The notes: a model not told the origin generated them from the letters alone. Shown: positions 11,819 to 22,714, counted from the stretch's first letter. The stretch is 64,000 bases of DNA from Nautiliaceae bacterium (GCA_039831155.1 JBDONT010000043.1:224001-288000), one strand, 5' to 3'. Made by a program: numbers and translations.

Positions 11819-13069
11819 TTAATAAGTCGGTCTGTCGTAAATTACGAATTTGCTTGCAAGTTCTTTAAGTTCTGCCGCTACTTTTTCTTGAAGTTCAAGA
11901 TTATAAATATCATCAAGAACGTCTGCTATTCTTGTAGCTATAAGTCTGAATTCATCCTCTTTCATACCTCTAGCAGTAAGTGCCGGGCTTCCGATTCTAA
12001 TACCAGAAGTAACAAAAGGACTTCTTTTTTCACCAGGAACTGTGTTTTTATTTACGGTAATTCCGGCTCTTCCTAATGCTTCTTCCGCTTCTTTTCCACT
12101 AAATTCTTTATTTAGGAAACTTACAAGCACTAAGTGATTGTCAGTACCTCCACTTACGATATCATAGCCTCTCTCAAGAAGTACTTCTGCAAGTACTTTT
12201 GCGTTTTTCTTAACTTGTTTAGCATAATCCTTCCAACTATCTTCAAGGTTCATTTTAAACCCTACTGCTTTTGCGGCAATTACGTGTACAAGTGGTCCTC
12301 CTTGGATTCCAGGGAATATTGCACTGTTGATTTTTTTAGCGTATTCTTCGTTGTTTGTAAGGATAAGCCCTCCTCTTGGACCTCTTAGAGTTTTGTGAGT
12401 TGTAGTTGTTACTACATCACAATGAGGGAACGGATTCGGATGTTCGCCTGCTACTACAAGCCCAGCAATATGAGCGATATCTGCCATTAAAATAGCACCT
12501 ATTTCATCGGCGATTTCTCTAAATTTTACAAAGTCAATCTCTCTTGGATATGCACTCGCACCGCAAACAATCATTTTCGGTTTAGTAATTTTTGCAATAT
12601 CTCTTACTCTATCGTAATCGATTCTTCCTGTTTTTTCATCAATTCCGTAAGAGAAACTATGATAATGTTTACCGGAAAAGTTAACTTTAGCACCGTGAGT
12701 TAAATGTCCTCCGTTGCTTAAATCCATTCCAAGTAATTTATCAAGCGGTTTTAAAAGTGCAACATACACGGCTCCATTTGCTTGAGAACCACTATGTGGC
12801 TGAACGTTTGCATATTCACATCCGAATAGTTTTTTTGCTCTGTCAATTGCAAGTTGTTCTATTAAATCCGCATACTCACAACCACCGTAATATCTTTTAT
12901 TAGGATAACCTTCGGCATATTTATTAGTAAACACACTCCCCATAGCTTCCATAACTTCCGGAAGAGTAAAGTTTTCACTCGCTATCATTTCAAGATGGTC
13001 CGTTTGTCTTTTTAACTCTTTTTCCAAAATCGAATAAACATCTTGGTCGTAATTTTTAAGTAAACTCAT
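11819..13069 (-). CDS. glyA: serine hydroxymethyltransferase
   Basis: [36 protein letters not shown]. Confidence 0.98.
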   Translation of the reverse strand: MSLLKNYDQDVYSILEKELKRQTDHLEMIASENFTLPEVMEAMGSVFTNKYAEGYPNKRYYGGCEYADLIEQLAIDRAKKLFGCEYANVQPHSGSQANGAVYVALLKPLDKLLGMDLSNGGHLTHGAKVNFSGKHYHSFSYGIDEKTGRIDYDRVRDIAKITKPKMIVCGASAYPREIDFVKFREIADEIGAILMADIAHIAGLVVAGEHPNPFPHCDVVTTTTHKTLRGPRGGLILTNNEEYAKKINSAIFPGIQGGPLVHVIAAKAVGFKMNLEDSWKDYAKQVKKNAKVLAEVLLERGYDIVSGGTDNHLVLVSFLNKEFSGKEAEEALGRAGITVNKNTVPGEKRSPFVTSGIRIGSPALTARGMKEDEFRLIATRIADVLDDIYNLELQEKVAAELKELASKFVIYDRPTY

Positions 13070-13120
13070 TATATCTCCTTTTTTAAATTTAATAAAAACA
13101 TTTTAACAAAAAACATCTGA

Positions 13121-14629
13121 TTAATGAATATCATCTCTGTCTTTTATCTCTTTTTTCGGTTTCATTGTCGGGAATAAGATTACGTCTTTAATAGAATGTG
13201 CGTTAGTTAAAAGCATTACAAGTCTGTCAATTCCTATTCCCTCCCCTGCAGTAGGAGGCATTCCGTATTGAAGTGCACGGATATAGTCATAATCCATATC
13301 CATTCCCTCTTCATCACCTTTGGCTTTTGCTTCAAGTTGTGCTTTAAATCTTTCATACTGGTCAACCGGGTCATTTAGTTCGTTAAATCCGTTTGCAATT
13401 TCGCGTCCGGCAATAAACAGTTCAAATCTCTCTGCAATCTCCGGATTTTCGTCACTTCTTCTGGCAAGTGGTGAAATATCAATAGGAAAATCAGTTACAA
13501 AAGTAGGATTTATAAGTTTATCTTCAACAAACTCATCAAAAAGTTCGGCCCAAAGCTTACCTTTGCTATCGATATGTTCTTCTAATTCAACTCCGTTTTC
13601 TTTTAAATATTTTTTCATAGCTTCAACATCTTCAAGAATGTTTTCCGGGACTTTTCCTATCTCAACCAAAGCGTCACGGTAAGATACGGTTTTCCAGTCG
13701 TCAAAATCAATCACCATATCCCCGTAAGGAAGTTTTTTAGGTAGGTTAAGTTTTTCAAACAGATAATCAAAAAGCTCTTTTGTAATTTTCATTAAATCTT
13801 CTTTGGTATGATAAGCCCAGTAAAACTCTATCATCGTAAATTCCGGATTATGGGTGTGGTCTATTCCTTCGTTTCTAAAGTTTCTGTTTATCTCAAAAAC
13901 AGCTTCAAATCCACCTACGATTAATCTTTTTAAAAACAGCTCCGGTGCGATTCTAAGGTTCATATCGATATCAAGAGCGTTATGATGAGTCATAAAAGGT
14001 CTTGCGTTAGCCCCACCCACAACCGTATGAAGCATAGGGGTCTCAACTTCAAGAAAACCTTTACTTAAGAAAAACTCCCTTACAAGACTTACGATTTGAC
14101 TTCTTAACTTAAATCTGTCACGCGTTTCTTTATTCATAATCATATCAAGGTATCTTTGACGATACTTAGTTTCAATATCCTGAAGACCGTGGAATTTTTC
14201 CGGCAGCGGATGGATAGCTTTTGTAAGGATTTTTACATCATCCGCGTGAATAGAAAGTTCACCCGTTTTAGTAACGAAAGGGTACCCCGTTACTTCTACG
14301 ATATCCCCAACTTCTAAATTTTTCTTTAAGATATTAAACTTATCGCCCAAGTCGTTTTTTGACATATAAACTTGTAAAATTCCGTTCATATCTTCAATTT
14401 TAAAAAATGCGGCTTTTCCCATAAGTCTTAAAAACTTAACACGTCCTGCCACCGTAAATTTACGAGATTCGTCTCTTCTGTTTTCAAGTTCCAAAACATC
14501 TTTGTTTTTTTCCAAAAACTCTGTAACGGTTGTATTTCTTTGAGAATTATGCCCGTAAGGATTGATTCCCAGCTCTTTTAAAGTTTGAGCTTTTTGCATT
14601 CTTTGTTTTACGTATTCATTACTAAACAT
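13121..14629 (-). CDS. lysS: lysine--tRNA ligase (class II)
   Basis: [48 protein letters not shown]. Confidence 0.98.
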   Translation of the reverse strand: MFSNEYVKQRMQKAQTLKELGINPYGHNSQRNTTVTEFLEKNKDVLELENRRDESRKFTVAGRVKFLRLMGKAAFFKIEDMNGILQVYMSKNDLGDKFNILKKNLEVGDIVEVTGYPFVTKTGELSIHADDVKILTKAIHPLPEKFHGLQDIETKYRQRYLDMIMNKETRDRFKLRSQIVSLVREFFLSKGFLEVETPMLHTVVGGANARPFMTHHNALDIDMNLRIAPELFLKRLIVGGFEAVFEINRNFRNEGIDHTHNPEFTMIEFYWAYHTKEDLMKITKELFDYLFEKLNLPKKLPYGDMVIDFDDWKTVSYRDALVEIGKVPENILEDVEAMKKYLKENGVELEEHIDSKGKLWAELFDEFVEDKLINPTFVTDFPIDISPLARRSDENPEIAERFELFIAGREIANGFNELNDPVDQYERFKAQLEAKAKGDEEGMDMDYDYIRALQYGMPPTAGEGIGIDRLVMLLTNAHSIKDVILFPTMKPKKEIKDRDDIH

Positions 14630-14651
14630 CTACATCCTTTAGATTTTTTAA

Positions 14652-15170
14652 TTATGTAATTTTAACATTTTTAGTGATTTTTTCTAAATCTTGAGGTGTT
14701 ATATTAATAACTTTTTTCCCCGTCTTTACCAAAATAGGAAAAATCATACTATTAGAAATATACGGCTTCAACTTTTCATTAATAAAAGCCACTTGAGAAA
14801 GCATTGCGACTATTACACTTACAAGCAAAAAAAACTTAGCCCCGGCAAATAAAAATCCTAAGCTCTTATCAAGCCACCCTAAAGCACTGATTTTTAATAT
14901 TTTCCCAAGTAAATATCCTATAAAAACACTCACAACCCAAAATCCGAAAAAAACCGCTATAAAACCAACTAGAGAAATCGCAGATTTATTAGGGATTTGA
15001 AAAAGATTTTCGTTGATGTAAACTCCGGCCTGGGAATAAAACTTAGAAGCTAAAATCAAACCTCCTATAATCCCTACAAGCCCGGCTATCTCCTTTACAA
15101 CTCCGTTAAAAAAACCTCTTATCGCCAAAAGTAACGTAATAACAATAATAATCGCATCAAAATAGTTCAT
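14652..15170 (-). CDS. cvpA: CvpA family membrane protein
   Basis: MNYFDAII..., RGFF.G.VKEI, four TM segments, LDKSLG.LFAG. Confidence 0.85.
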   Translation of the reverse strand: MNYFDAIIIVITLLLAIRGFFNGVVKEIAGLVGIIGGLILASKFYSQAGVYINENLFQIPNKSAISLVGFIAVFFGFWVVSVFIGYLLGKILKISALGWLDKSLGFLFAGAKFFLLVSVIVAMLSQVAFINEKLKPYISNSMIFPILVKTGKKVINITPQDLEKITKNVKIT

Positions 15171-15196
15171 TTTATTCCTTTACAACAAAAGTATTT

Positions 15197-16045
15197 TTAG
15201 TTTTTTTTAGCTTCTCTTAAAGCTTCATCCGCTTTTTGAAGAAAGCTATCCGCATCATATCCTTTTTTACATACCGTCATACCACCGGATAAAGACAATT
15301 TTATAAAATCTTCTTTATACTTAAAAGAAGTTTTATTTATCTTTTCTAAAGTATTTTTCATTACTTTTTTTGCATCGTTTATTGATGTACAATTAAAAAT
15401 TATAACAAATTCATTCCCTCCGTATCTACAAACAATTTCTCCTTTTTTCAAAAAATTTTTTAAAATTTCCGCTATTTTAATCAAAACGAAATCTCCCACC
15501 AAATGACCGTAAATTTCATTTACTTTTTTGAACTCATCCAAATCCACAATAGCCAATATAAAATTCGAATCGTTTATTTTTTCATTTAAAAATTTTCTTA
15601 AGGCTTTGGAATTATAAACTCTTGTTAAAGGGTCTATTAAAAGCTCTTTATAAGCTTTGTTTAACTCTTTTTCAAGTTCGCATATAGTGTGCTCTAATTT
15701 ATTGATTTTATCAATCAAAGAACCGCTAAATTTTAAAATTAAAGCTTTAATTTCATCAACTTCAATAGGTTCTATTTTTTCGACAAACTCTTTTGAATGT
15801 TCTTTTATCTCTTTTGAAATGGTTGAAATTTCTTTAATATTTAAAGCGGTTTTATTTAAAAACTCTTCATTAAATTCATCAATACACATAAGTTTAGGAT
15901 TCAGTTCATCAAAAATCCCCTCCTTTTTTGCAAGCTCTACAAACACGTTTCTATAATAAAAAGAATAAAAAGGATACGGGGCTTTGTGAGCCTTTTTCAA
16001 TTCTTCAAGCACTTTTTGAGAAATTTTTAAAATAATTTCTTCCAT
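15197..16045 (-). CDS. GGDEF-domain protein with a degenerate GGNEF site, C-terminus probably clipped by a frameshift
   Basis: DPLTRVYN, DLDEFKKVNEIYGHLVGD, RYGGNEF, ADEAL.EAK. Confidence 0.8.
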   Translation of the reverse strand: MEEIILKISQKVLEELKKAHKAPYPFYSFYYRNVFVELAKKEGIFDELNPKLMCIDEFNEEFLNKTALNIKEISTISKEIKEHSKEFVEKIEPIEVDEIKALILKFSGSLIDKINKLEHTICELEKELNKAYKELLIDPLTRVYNSKALRKFLNEKINDSNFILAIVDLDEFKKVNEIYGHLVGDFVLIKIAEILKNFLKKGEIVCRYGGNEFVIIFNCTSINDAKKVMKNTLEKINKTSFKYKEDFIKLSLSGGMTVCKKGYDADSFLQKADEALREAKKN

Positions 16046-16110
16046 TATTTAGCCTTTTTTGTTACTATAAATCAAAATTTTTCGAATTATACAAAAATAA
16101 AGGAGATATA

Positions 16111-17157
16111 TTGAGATTAACCAAACAAGAAGCCATAGACTTACTTAAAAACGAAGATTTAATAACCCTTGGAAAAATGGCTTTGGCAAAAAAAAGAGAA
16201 CTCCACCCTAAAAAAATAACCACTTTTATAGTAGACAGAAACATAAACTATACCAATATCTGCTGGGTGGATTGTAAATTCTGTGCATTTTACAGACACA
16301 AAAAAGATAAAGAGGCTTATATTTTAAGTTTTAAAGAGATTGACAAAAAAATAGAAGAGTTAATCGAAATAGGAGGTACTCAAATTCTATTTCAAGGAGG
16401 GGTTCATCCTAATTTAAAAATAGATTTTTACGAAAATTTAGTAGAACATATCCACAAAAAATATCCTCAAATAACAATTCACGGATTTTCAGCCCCGGAG
16501 ATTGATTACATATCAAAAATTTCAAGAATTTCCGTTAAAGAAGTTCTTGAGAGATTAAAAGAAAAAGGTCTAAGCTCAATCCCAGGAGCCGGAGCCGAAA
16601 TTTTAAGTGACAGAGTAAGAAATATAATAGCCCCTAAAAAAATAAGCTCCGATAGATGGCTTGAAATTCACAAAACAGCCCATAAAATCGGAATGAAAAC
16701 CACTGCCACTATGATGTTCGGAACGGTTGAGACGATAGAAGAAGTGGTGGAACACTGGGAAAAAATAAGAAATCTTCAAGATGAAACGGGAGGATTTAGG
16801 GCTTTTATTATGTGGTCTTTCCAACCGAAAAACACAGCCCTTTACAAAGAAGGAATAGTAAAACATAAAACATCATCAAACAGATATTTAAGATATTTAG
16901 CGGTTAGCAGACTCTTTCTTGATAACTTCAAAAACATCCAAAGCTCCTGGGTTACTCAAGGAAGTTACATAGGTCAACTGGCCCTAAAATACGGAGCAAA
17001 CGATTTAGGCTCTACAATGATGGAAGAGAATGTGGTAAGAAGTGCCGGTGCTCAAAATCAAATGAACCAAAAAGAGATGATAGAACTAATAAAAGACGTA
17101 GGGGAAATTCCGGCAAAAAGAAACACGGCTTATGAAATACTTGAGATTTTTAATTAA
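16111..17157 (+). CDS. mqnC: cyclic dehypoxanthinyl futalosine synthase (radical SAM)
   Basis: DRNINYTNICWVDCKFCAFYR, QILFQGG.HP, PGAGAEIL, QSSWVTQG, GSTMMEENVV. Confidence 0.9.
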   Translation: MRLTKQEAIDLLKNEDLITLGKMALAKKRELHPKKITTFIVDRNINYTNICWVDCKFCAFYRHKKDKEAYILSFKEIDKKIEELIEIGGTQILFQGGVHPNLKIDFYENLVEHIHKKYPQITIHGFSAPEIDYISKISRISVKEVLERLKEKGLSSIPGAGAEILSDRVRNIIAPKKISSDRWLEIHKTAHKIGMKTTATMMFGTVETIEEVVEHWEKIRNLQDETGGFRAFIMWSFQPKNTALYKEGIVKHKTSSNRYLRYLAVSRLFLDNFKNIQSSWVTQGSYIGQLALKYGANDLGSTMMEENVVRSAGAQNQMNQKEMIELIKDVGEIPAKRNTAYEILEIFN

Positions 17158-17926
17158 ATTCAATCTCTTTTGAGAGTTTAAAAAACTTCCACTCTCTTCT
17201 TGAATCTTTAATAAACTCTTTATCGATATAGCTTATTAATAGTTCTTCTTTTGAGCCTAGAGAATTTACCAAATTTCCATCAGAATCGACTATAAAACTT
17301 TTACCGTAAAACTCCCACTCTTTCCAACTACCGACTCTATTAACCCTGGCTACGTATATATTTTTTATAAATGCAAAACTCTTTAACATCTCATACCATC
17401 TTTTATGAGAATTAAAAGTCCCCACACTGCAAATTACAGCCAAATCAACTCTTTTTTGAAAGAAATAATCCCAAAACTGTGTAAAATGAGACTCAAATCC
17501 GAACATAGCCCCGACTCTTATTTTACCTATGCTAAAAACAAGAGGTTTATTTTCTTTTGTATCAAAAAAAGCCGCTTCATTCCAGTGAGAATAAGGCATT
17601 AAAACGTTTTGATAATAATACCTTGCTTTTCCGTTGTGAAATTTAACCAACGCTTTATATTTTTTGTTTCCTTTAATTACAACTAAAGGAGCCAAAATTA
17701 CTATATTATAAGCAAGAGAGAGTTTTTTCAAAAGTTTCGTTTGATGTTTTGTCTGGTCTTTTATAAAATTAATAGGAGTCGTTTCTAAATCCTTAAAAAA
17801 TCTATTAAGTACATATTCCGGCAAGACGAACAGTTTTGCGTTTTCTCTTTTTGCAATATTTAAATAGTAATTAAGCTTAGCTTTATCAAACGGAAGTTCG
17901 GCACTTTGTAAAAGAGCTATTTTCAT
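17150..17926 (-). CDS. carbon-nitrogen hydrolase (nitrilase superfamily) protein with an atypical active site
   Basis: MKIALLQ, VLPEY, VNRVG, FYGKSFIVD.DG; the usual CYD nucleophile position reads FGFE. Confidence 0.75.
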   Translation of the reverse strand: MKIALLQSAELPFDKAKLNYYLNIAKRENAKLFVLPEYVLNRFFKDLETTPINFIKDQTKHQTKLLKKLSLAYNIVILAPLVVIKGNKKYKALVKFHNGKARYYYQNVLMPYSHWNEAAFFDTKENKPLVFSIGKIRVGAMFGFESHFTQFWDYFFQKRVDLAVICSVGTFNSHKRWYEMLKSFAFIKNIYVARVNRVGSWKEWEFYGKSFIVDSDGNLVNSLGSKEELLISYIDKEFIKDSRREWKFFKLSKEIEFN

Positions 17927-18096
17927 TTTATTTCTTCAAATTCAAGTTTTGCCTCTTCTATCATTCTTGTAGCTTCTTCTAAAAGTTTTATTCCTTTTTT
18001 ATAATACTGCATCGCTTCATAAAGAGTAATTTCCGGGTCGTTTAGCTTATCCAAAAGTTCTTTCGCCTCTTTTAGTTTTTTTTCGAAATCTTCCAT
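17923..18096 (-). CDS. xseB: exodeoxyribonuclease VII small subunit
   Basis: Below the ORF-track cutoff. Hand translation: MEDFEKKLKEAKELLDKLNDPEITLYEAMQYYKKGIKLLEEATRMIEEAKLEFEEIK*. Confidence 0.9.
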   Translation of the reverse strand: MEDFEKKLKEAKELLDKLNDPEITLYEAMQYYKKGIKLLEEATRMIEEAKLEFEEIK

Positions 18097-18097
18097 T

Positions 18098-19198
18098 TTA
18101 GTCCTTTAAAATATCTTTAATAATAAAATCGAATTTATCAAGCTCAACCAAAAAACTATCGTGTCCGTAATCACTCTCTATTTCGTAATAATTACAATCT
18201 CCCCCCACTTTATCCATATAAACCTTTATATCCCTCATCTCTTGAGGAAAAAACAGAGTATCCCCACTAAACGATATTAAATGCATTTTATCGGTAATTT
18301 GAGAAAAAGCGTCCTCTAAAGAGTTAAATCCTCTGCTTATATCAAAAAGAGAGATAGCTTTTAATATGTAAATATAACTCAAAGGGTCAAACCATTTAGG
18401 AAACATAGCCCCGTTATATTCTAAATAACTCTCAACCTGAAAACGCCCGAAAAGCTCAAACATTCCGTCAGTTTTTACGTATTCTCTTCCAAATTTTCTC
18501 TCAAACGTTTTTGGCGAAATATAGTTTAAATACCCTATCATCCTAGCGGCTGCCAAACCTTTTAAACCTTTTCTTTTAATCTCATCCGAGTCATAATTTC
18601 CGTTTTTAAATTCACAATCCGCCCTAATAGCCTCTATCATCGATTTATTAATAGCTATTACGTAAGGTTTTGTTTGATAAGTAGTCGCTATAGGCACTAT
18701 GTTTTCGCAAAATCCCGGAAAATCAACGGCAAACCTTAAAGCCTGCATTCCCCCCATACTACCGCCTATAACGGCTTTTATGTGTCTTATACCAAGAGAA
18801 TCTAATAAAATTTTTTGAGCTTTTACCATATCTTTTATAGTAATTACCGGGAATTTCAATCTGTATCTCTCACTGCTTCCCGGATACATAGGAGACATAG
18901 GAGAAGTTGACCCGAAACAACTCCCTATTACGTTTGTGGAAATTACAAAATATTTAGTAGTATCAATAGCTTTTCCATCTCCTATAAGCCCGTCCCACCA
19001 TCCCGGTTTTCTATCACCTTCATACATCCCGGCTGCGTGATGAGACCCTGAAAGGGCGTGGGTAATTAATACTACGTTGTTCTTTTTTTCATTAAGCTCC
19101 CCATATGTTTCATATATAATCTGCCACGGCTCTAATATTCTACCACTCTCAAGATACAAGGGTTTAGTAAAACGAGCTATTTTTGTTTCAAGTTTCAT
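18098..19198 (-). CDS. metX: homoserine O-acyltransferase (MetX family)
   Basis: HALSG, GWWDGLIG, IGGSMGGMQ, YGHDSFL. Confidence 0.93.
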   Translation of the reverse strand: MKLETKIARFTKPLYLESGRILEPWQIIYETYGELNEKKNNVVLITHALSGSHHAAGMYEGDRKPGWWDGLIGDGKAIDTTKYFVISTNVIGSCFGSTSPMSPMYPGSSERYRLKFPVITIKDMVKAQKILLDSLGIRHIKAVIGGSMGGMQALRFAVDFPGFCENIVPIATTYQTKPYVIAINKSMIEAIRADCEFKNGNYDSDEIKRKGLKGLAAARMIGYLNYISPKTFERKFGREYVKTDGMFELFGRFQVESYLEYNGAMFPKWFDPLSYIYILKAISLFDISRGFNSLEDAFSQITDKMHLISFSGDTLFFPQEMRDIKVYMDKVGGDCNYYEIESDYGHDSFLVELDKFDFIIKDILKD

Positions 19199-21425
19199 AG
19201 TTTCCTTTTTTTAATGCAATTTTATCAAAAGGTAGAGGTTTACAAAAATAATAACCCTGAAAATAATCAACCCCCACTTCTTTTAGTTTATTTAAAATCT
19301 CTTCATTTTCTACAAATTCCGCAATCGTTTTTATATTGAATTTTTTAGAAAAAGTGCAGATAAGTTTGATTATTTCAAAATATTCCTCTTTATCTATATT
19401 TTTAACAAGCGTCCCGTCAATTTTTACATAATCCGGTTCAAGTGCCAAAACGTTAATAAAGTTGGAATATCCACTTCCAAAATCGTCAATAGCTATTTCA
19501 GCCCCAAACTGTTTAACATCCTTTATAAATTTTTTAATTTCTTCAAAGTTTTGAATACTCTCACTCTCTAAAATCTCAAATGTAATTCTATCTCCTACAA
19601 AAAAACTTCTTAAAAGATTTAAAATAAGCGTTCTTGTCTCTTTATTGGCAATATCTATAAAAGATAGGTTAATCGAAACTTTGTCTATTTTTTGAGTAAC
19701 TAAGTGAGAAAAAACTTTTTTTATCATTATATTTGAAAATTCTTCATAAAGTCTTGCTTCTTTTATTAAATCCATAAACACAAAAGGAGAAAGAATCTCA
19801 CTTTTATATTTAAGCCTCATTAAAGATTCGTATTTGAGCAATTTACCGCTTTTATCAACAATACATTGATAATAAGGCTCTATATCTTCATTGTGAAGAA
19901 TGGTTTTTAATTTTTGAAGGAGTTTTACTTTATGAAGCTGTTCTTCTTTAAATTTTTTATCGTAAAGAAGATATTTTATATTTTTCTTTCTGGCGGTTTT
20001 TAAAGCGTTTTCGGCAGTAATATATAAATCTTTAATATTACTAGCCCCTATCGTAAACATAAGTTCAAACCCTTCACATTTAAGCTCAAGAGACGAAAAC
20101 TCTTTTAAAAACTCCTCTTTTATCTCCTCTTTAAAAGGAATTCCAAACTCATCATCCCCTATTTTATAAACCTTATCAAAATTCTCTTTTAATGTAGTCG
20201 CCACACAATTTAATATATAATTCCCGAATTTAAATCCGTAAAGATTATTAATATTCGCAAAATCGTCAATATCTATAATAATAAGACTTTTATATTCTTT
20301 CAAATCTTCCAAAAGTTTAAACTTATTAGGAAGTTTGGTAACTCTGTCAAAATAAACTTTTTCATATAAAAGAGCTTTTGATTTTTCATAATTATTTTTT
20401 AATTTTTCATAATCCTCAACTATTCTTTTCATTATTTTTTGGGATATCAAATAAGCCACAAAAAAACTAAAAGCTCCAAAAATAATCATTATAATAATAG
20501 TTCCGATAAATACCTTTTTGGCTTCTTTTTCTATTTGAGATTTTATAGAGTTAATATCTTTTGTAATATCAGAAAAATAGTACCCTTTCATAAAAGTTAA
20601 ATTATAAGGCCTATAAATTGTAAAATAACTAATTTTCTTTTCAACTTTACCAGTTAAAGGATTTTTATAAAAATATTCTAAAAAACAACTGTCTTTTACT
20701 TTTAAACAGTTAAAATATTTTTTTCTAAAATAATTTCCCTTTATGTCCGGTTTATTTAACAAAAGTGGTTTACCGATAATAGATTTTATAGGATGATAAA
20801 CAACTTTTCCGAAAACATCTCCTTTAGGGTTCCAATCGGTTACCATTCCTACAGCTATGTAAGAGCGAGGATTATTTACATTTTCTAAATATCTAAACAT
20901 ATTGCGTTTAATAAAATCATCAACTATGGAAAGCTTAAACGCTATACCTATAATAGTACCGTCTCTCAAACGTTTCTCTACCGCTAAGTATTTAACATTG
21001 TTTTTAATAACAATTAGATGTTTAATATGCCTGACTTTTATATAAGTTCTTTTTAATTTAGGATATATAATATTCTCAGACTCTATATAAAAAAACAAAT
21101 CTTTATTTTGATGGTTTTTAAAAAACTTCACAAATCCTTTCGAATAATATTTATAATTATGAAGAACAACATCCAACAAAGCTTGAAGATTTCTTTCAGT
21201 CAAAAGATAATTACTCAATCTTATCTCTTCTATAGCTTTTATTATAGAATCAAGTTCTATTTTTAAATAGTTTTTTTTATTTTGAATCACTATATCTTTG
21301 GCTTTTGTTAATTCTTTTTGGGTTATCTCGTTGATAAAAAAGAAATAATAAACACCAAACGACACAAACGTAAAAAAGAAAAATAAAAAAGGAATGATAA
21401 AAATTTGATTAATTAAACGCTTCAT
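19188..21425 (-). CDS. membrane Cache-sensor / degenerate GGDEF / EAL c-di-GMP phosphodiesterase
   Basis: Two TM segments around a periplasmic region (DIKGNYF...EYFYKNP...KISY), IGDDEF, YESLMRL, EILESE, DDFGSGYSN, VKIDG, AEFVE, QGYYF. Confidence 0.85.
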   Translation of the reverse strand: MKRLINQIFIIPFLFFFFTFVSFGVYYFFFINEITQKELTKAKDIVIQNKKNYLKIELDSIIKAIEEIRLSNYLLTERNLQALLDVVLHNYKYYSKGFVKFFKNHQNKDLFFYIESENIIYPKLKRTYIKVRHIKHLIVIKNNVKYLAVEKRLRDGTIIGIAFKLSIVDDFIKRNMFRYLENVNNPRSYIAVGMVTDWNPKGDVFGKVVYHPIKSIIGKPLLLNKPDIKGNYFRKKYFNCLKVKDSCFLEYFYKNPLTGKVEKKISYFTIYRPYNLTFMKGYYFSDITKDINSIKSQIEKEAKKVFIGTIIIMIIFGAFSFFVAYLISQKIMKRIVEDYEKLKNNYEKSKALLYEKVYFDRVTKLPNKFKLLEDLKEYKSLIIIDIDDFANINNLYGFKFGNYILNCVATTLKENFDKVYKIGDDEFGIPFKEEIKEEFLKEFSSLELKCEGFELMFTIGASNIKDLYITAENALKTARKKNIKYLLYDKKFKEEQLHKVKLLQKLKTILHNEDIEPYYQCIVDKSGKLLKYESLMRLKYKSEILSPFVFMDLIKEARLYEEFSNIMIKKVFSHLVTQKIDKVSINLSFIDIANKETRTLILNLLRSFFVGDRITFEILESESIQNFEEIKKFIKDVKQFGAEIAIDDFGSGYSNFINVLALEPDYVKIDGTLVKNIDKEEYFEIIKLICTFSKKFNIKTIAEFVENEEILNKLKEVGVDYFQGYYFCKPLPFDKIALKKGNYET

Positions 21426-22662
21426 TTAAATCCTTAATCAAATCTTCCACATCCTCAAGTCCTATACTAAGCCTAATAAGCCCCTCTGCCACTCCGGCTT
21501 CTATCAGTTCACTAGGACTCAACTGCTGATGAGTGGTACTTGCCGGATGGGTTACAAGAGACTTGCTATCTCCTATATTCGTTACCAAAGAGAAAATTTT
21601 AAGTTTACTTACAAACTCTTTAGCTTCTTCGTAACTTCCCAGTTCAAAACTGATAATTCCACCTGCATATTTTAAATATTTTTTTGCTTTTTCATAATTT
21701 TTATCCCCCTCTAATAACGGATAATTTACGTTTTTCACTTTAGGATGCGATTTTAAAAATCCGGCTATTTCAAGTGCAGAAGTCGAATGTTGCTTAATTC
21801 TTAAATGTAAATGTTCAAGCCCCTGCAATAAAAGCCAGGAGTTAAAAGGAGAAATAACGGCTCCGTAATCCCTTAAAAGGGCAAGTCTTGCCCTTGTTAT
21901 AAAAGGAGAATCAAATTTTTCATTATAAATAAGTCCGTGATAACTCTCATCCGGTTCATTAAATTGAGGATATCTGTTTGATTTTAGTTTCTCTTTTGCA
22001 AAAGGAGCCTCAATAATACACCCGGCAATGGCACTCCCGTTTCCCGCTATATACTTACTTGCACTATGAACCACTATATCGACTCCAAGCTTAATTGGTT
22101 TTACCCCGTAAGGAGTCGCTATTGTATTGTCACACGCAACAATAACCCCGTATTTATCGGCAATTTTTACAATTTCTTCAAAATCGGCTACATTAAGTGC
22201 CGGATTGGCGATACTCTCTATTAAAATAAGTTTTGTCTTTTCGTCTATTACATCTTCTAAAGTAAGAGGATTGTCTATATCAAAATATCTGCTTTTTATC
22301 CCAAACTGTTTAAGAGTTTGGGTTGATAAAGTAATACTGCCTCCGTAAAGCTTATTTGAAATAACTATATTATCGCCTTTTTCCACCAAATTGGAAATAG
22401 TATAAAAAATAGCGGCCATTCCACTAGCCGTAGCCAAAGCGTCAATTCCCCTCTCAAGGGCTGCTATTCTTTTTTCAAATACTCTTGTTGTAGGATTTCC
22501 TATACGCGTATAGATATTACCCTCTTCTTCTAAATCGAAAAGTCTGGCTGCGTGGTCGGTATCTTCATATTCATAAGCCGTAGTCATATAAATAGGTATT
22601 TGCATACTTTTTTGAGAGTCCTTTTCATATCCTGCATGGATAGCTAACGTAGCGTCTTTCAT
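21409..22662 (-). CDS. metY: O-acetylhomoserine aminocarboxypropyltransferase (sulfhydrylase)
   Basis: PIYMTTAY, NIYTRIGNPT, HSASKY, NIGDSKSLVTHPASTTHQQL. Start set at ATG 22662 (MKDATLAIHAG). Confidence 0.9.
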   Translation of the reverse strand: MKDATLAIHAGYEKDSQKSMQIPIYMTTAYEYEDTDHAARLFDLEEEGNIYTRIGNPTTRVFEKRIAALERGIDALATASGMAAIFYTISNLVEKGDNIVISNKLYGGSITLSTQTLKQFGIKSRYFDIDNPLTLEDVIDEKTKLILIESIANPALNVADFEEIVKIADKYGVIVACDNTIATPYGVKPIKLGVDIVVHSASKYIAGNGSAIAGCIIEAPFAKEKLKSNRYPQFNEPDESYHGLIYNEKFDSPFITRARLALLRDYGAVISPFNSWLLLQGLEHLHLRIKQHSTSALEIAGFLKSHPKVKNVNYPLLEGDKNYEKAKKYLKYAGGIISFELGSYEEAKEFVSKLKIFSLVTNIGDSKSLVTHPASTTHQQLSPSELIEAGVAEGLIRLSIGLEDVEDLIKDLNEAFN

Positions 22663-22714
22663 AAAAATAACCTTTATGATAAAATTTCTTAAGTAATTAT
22701 ACCAAAGGATAAAA

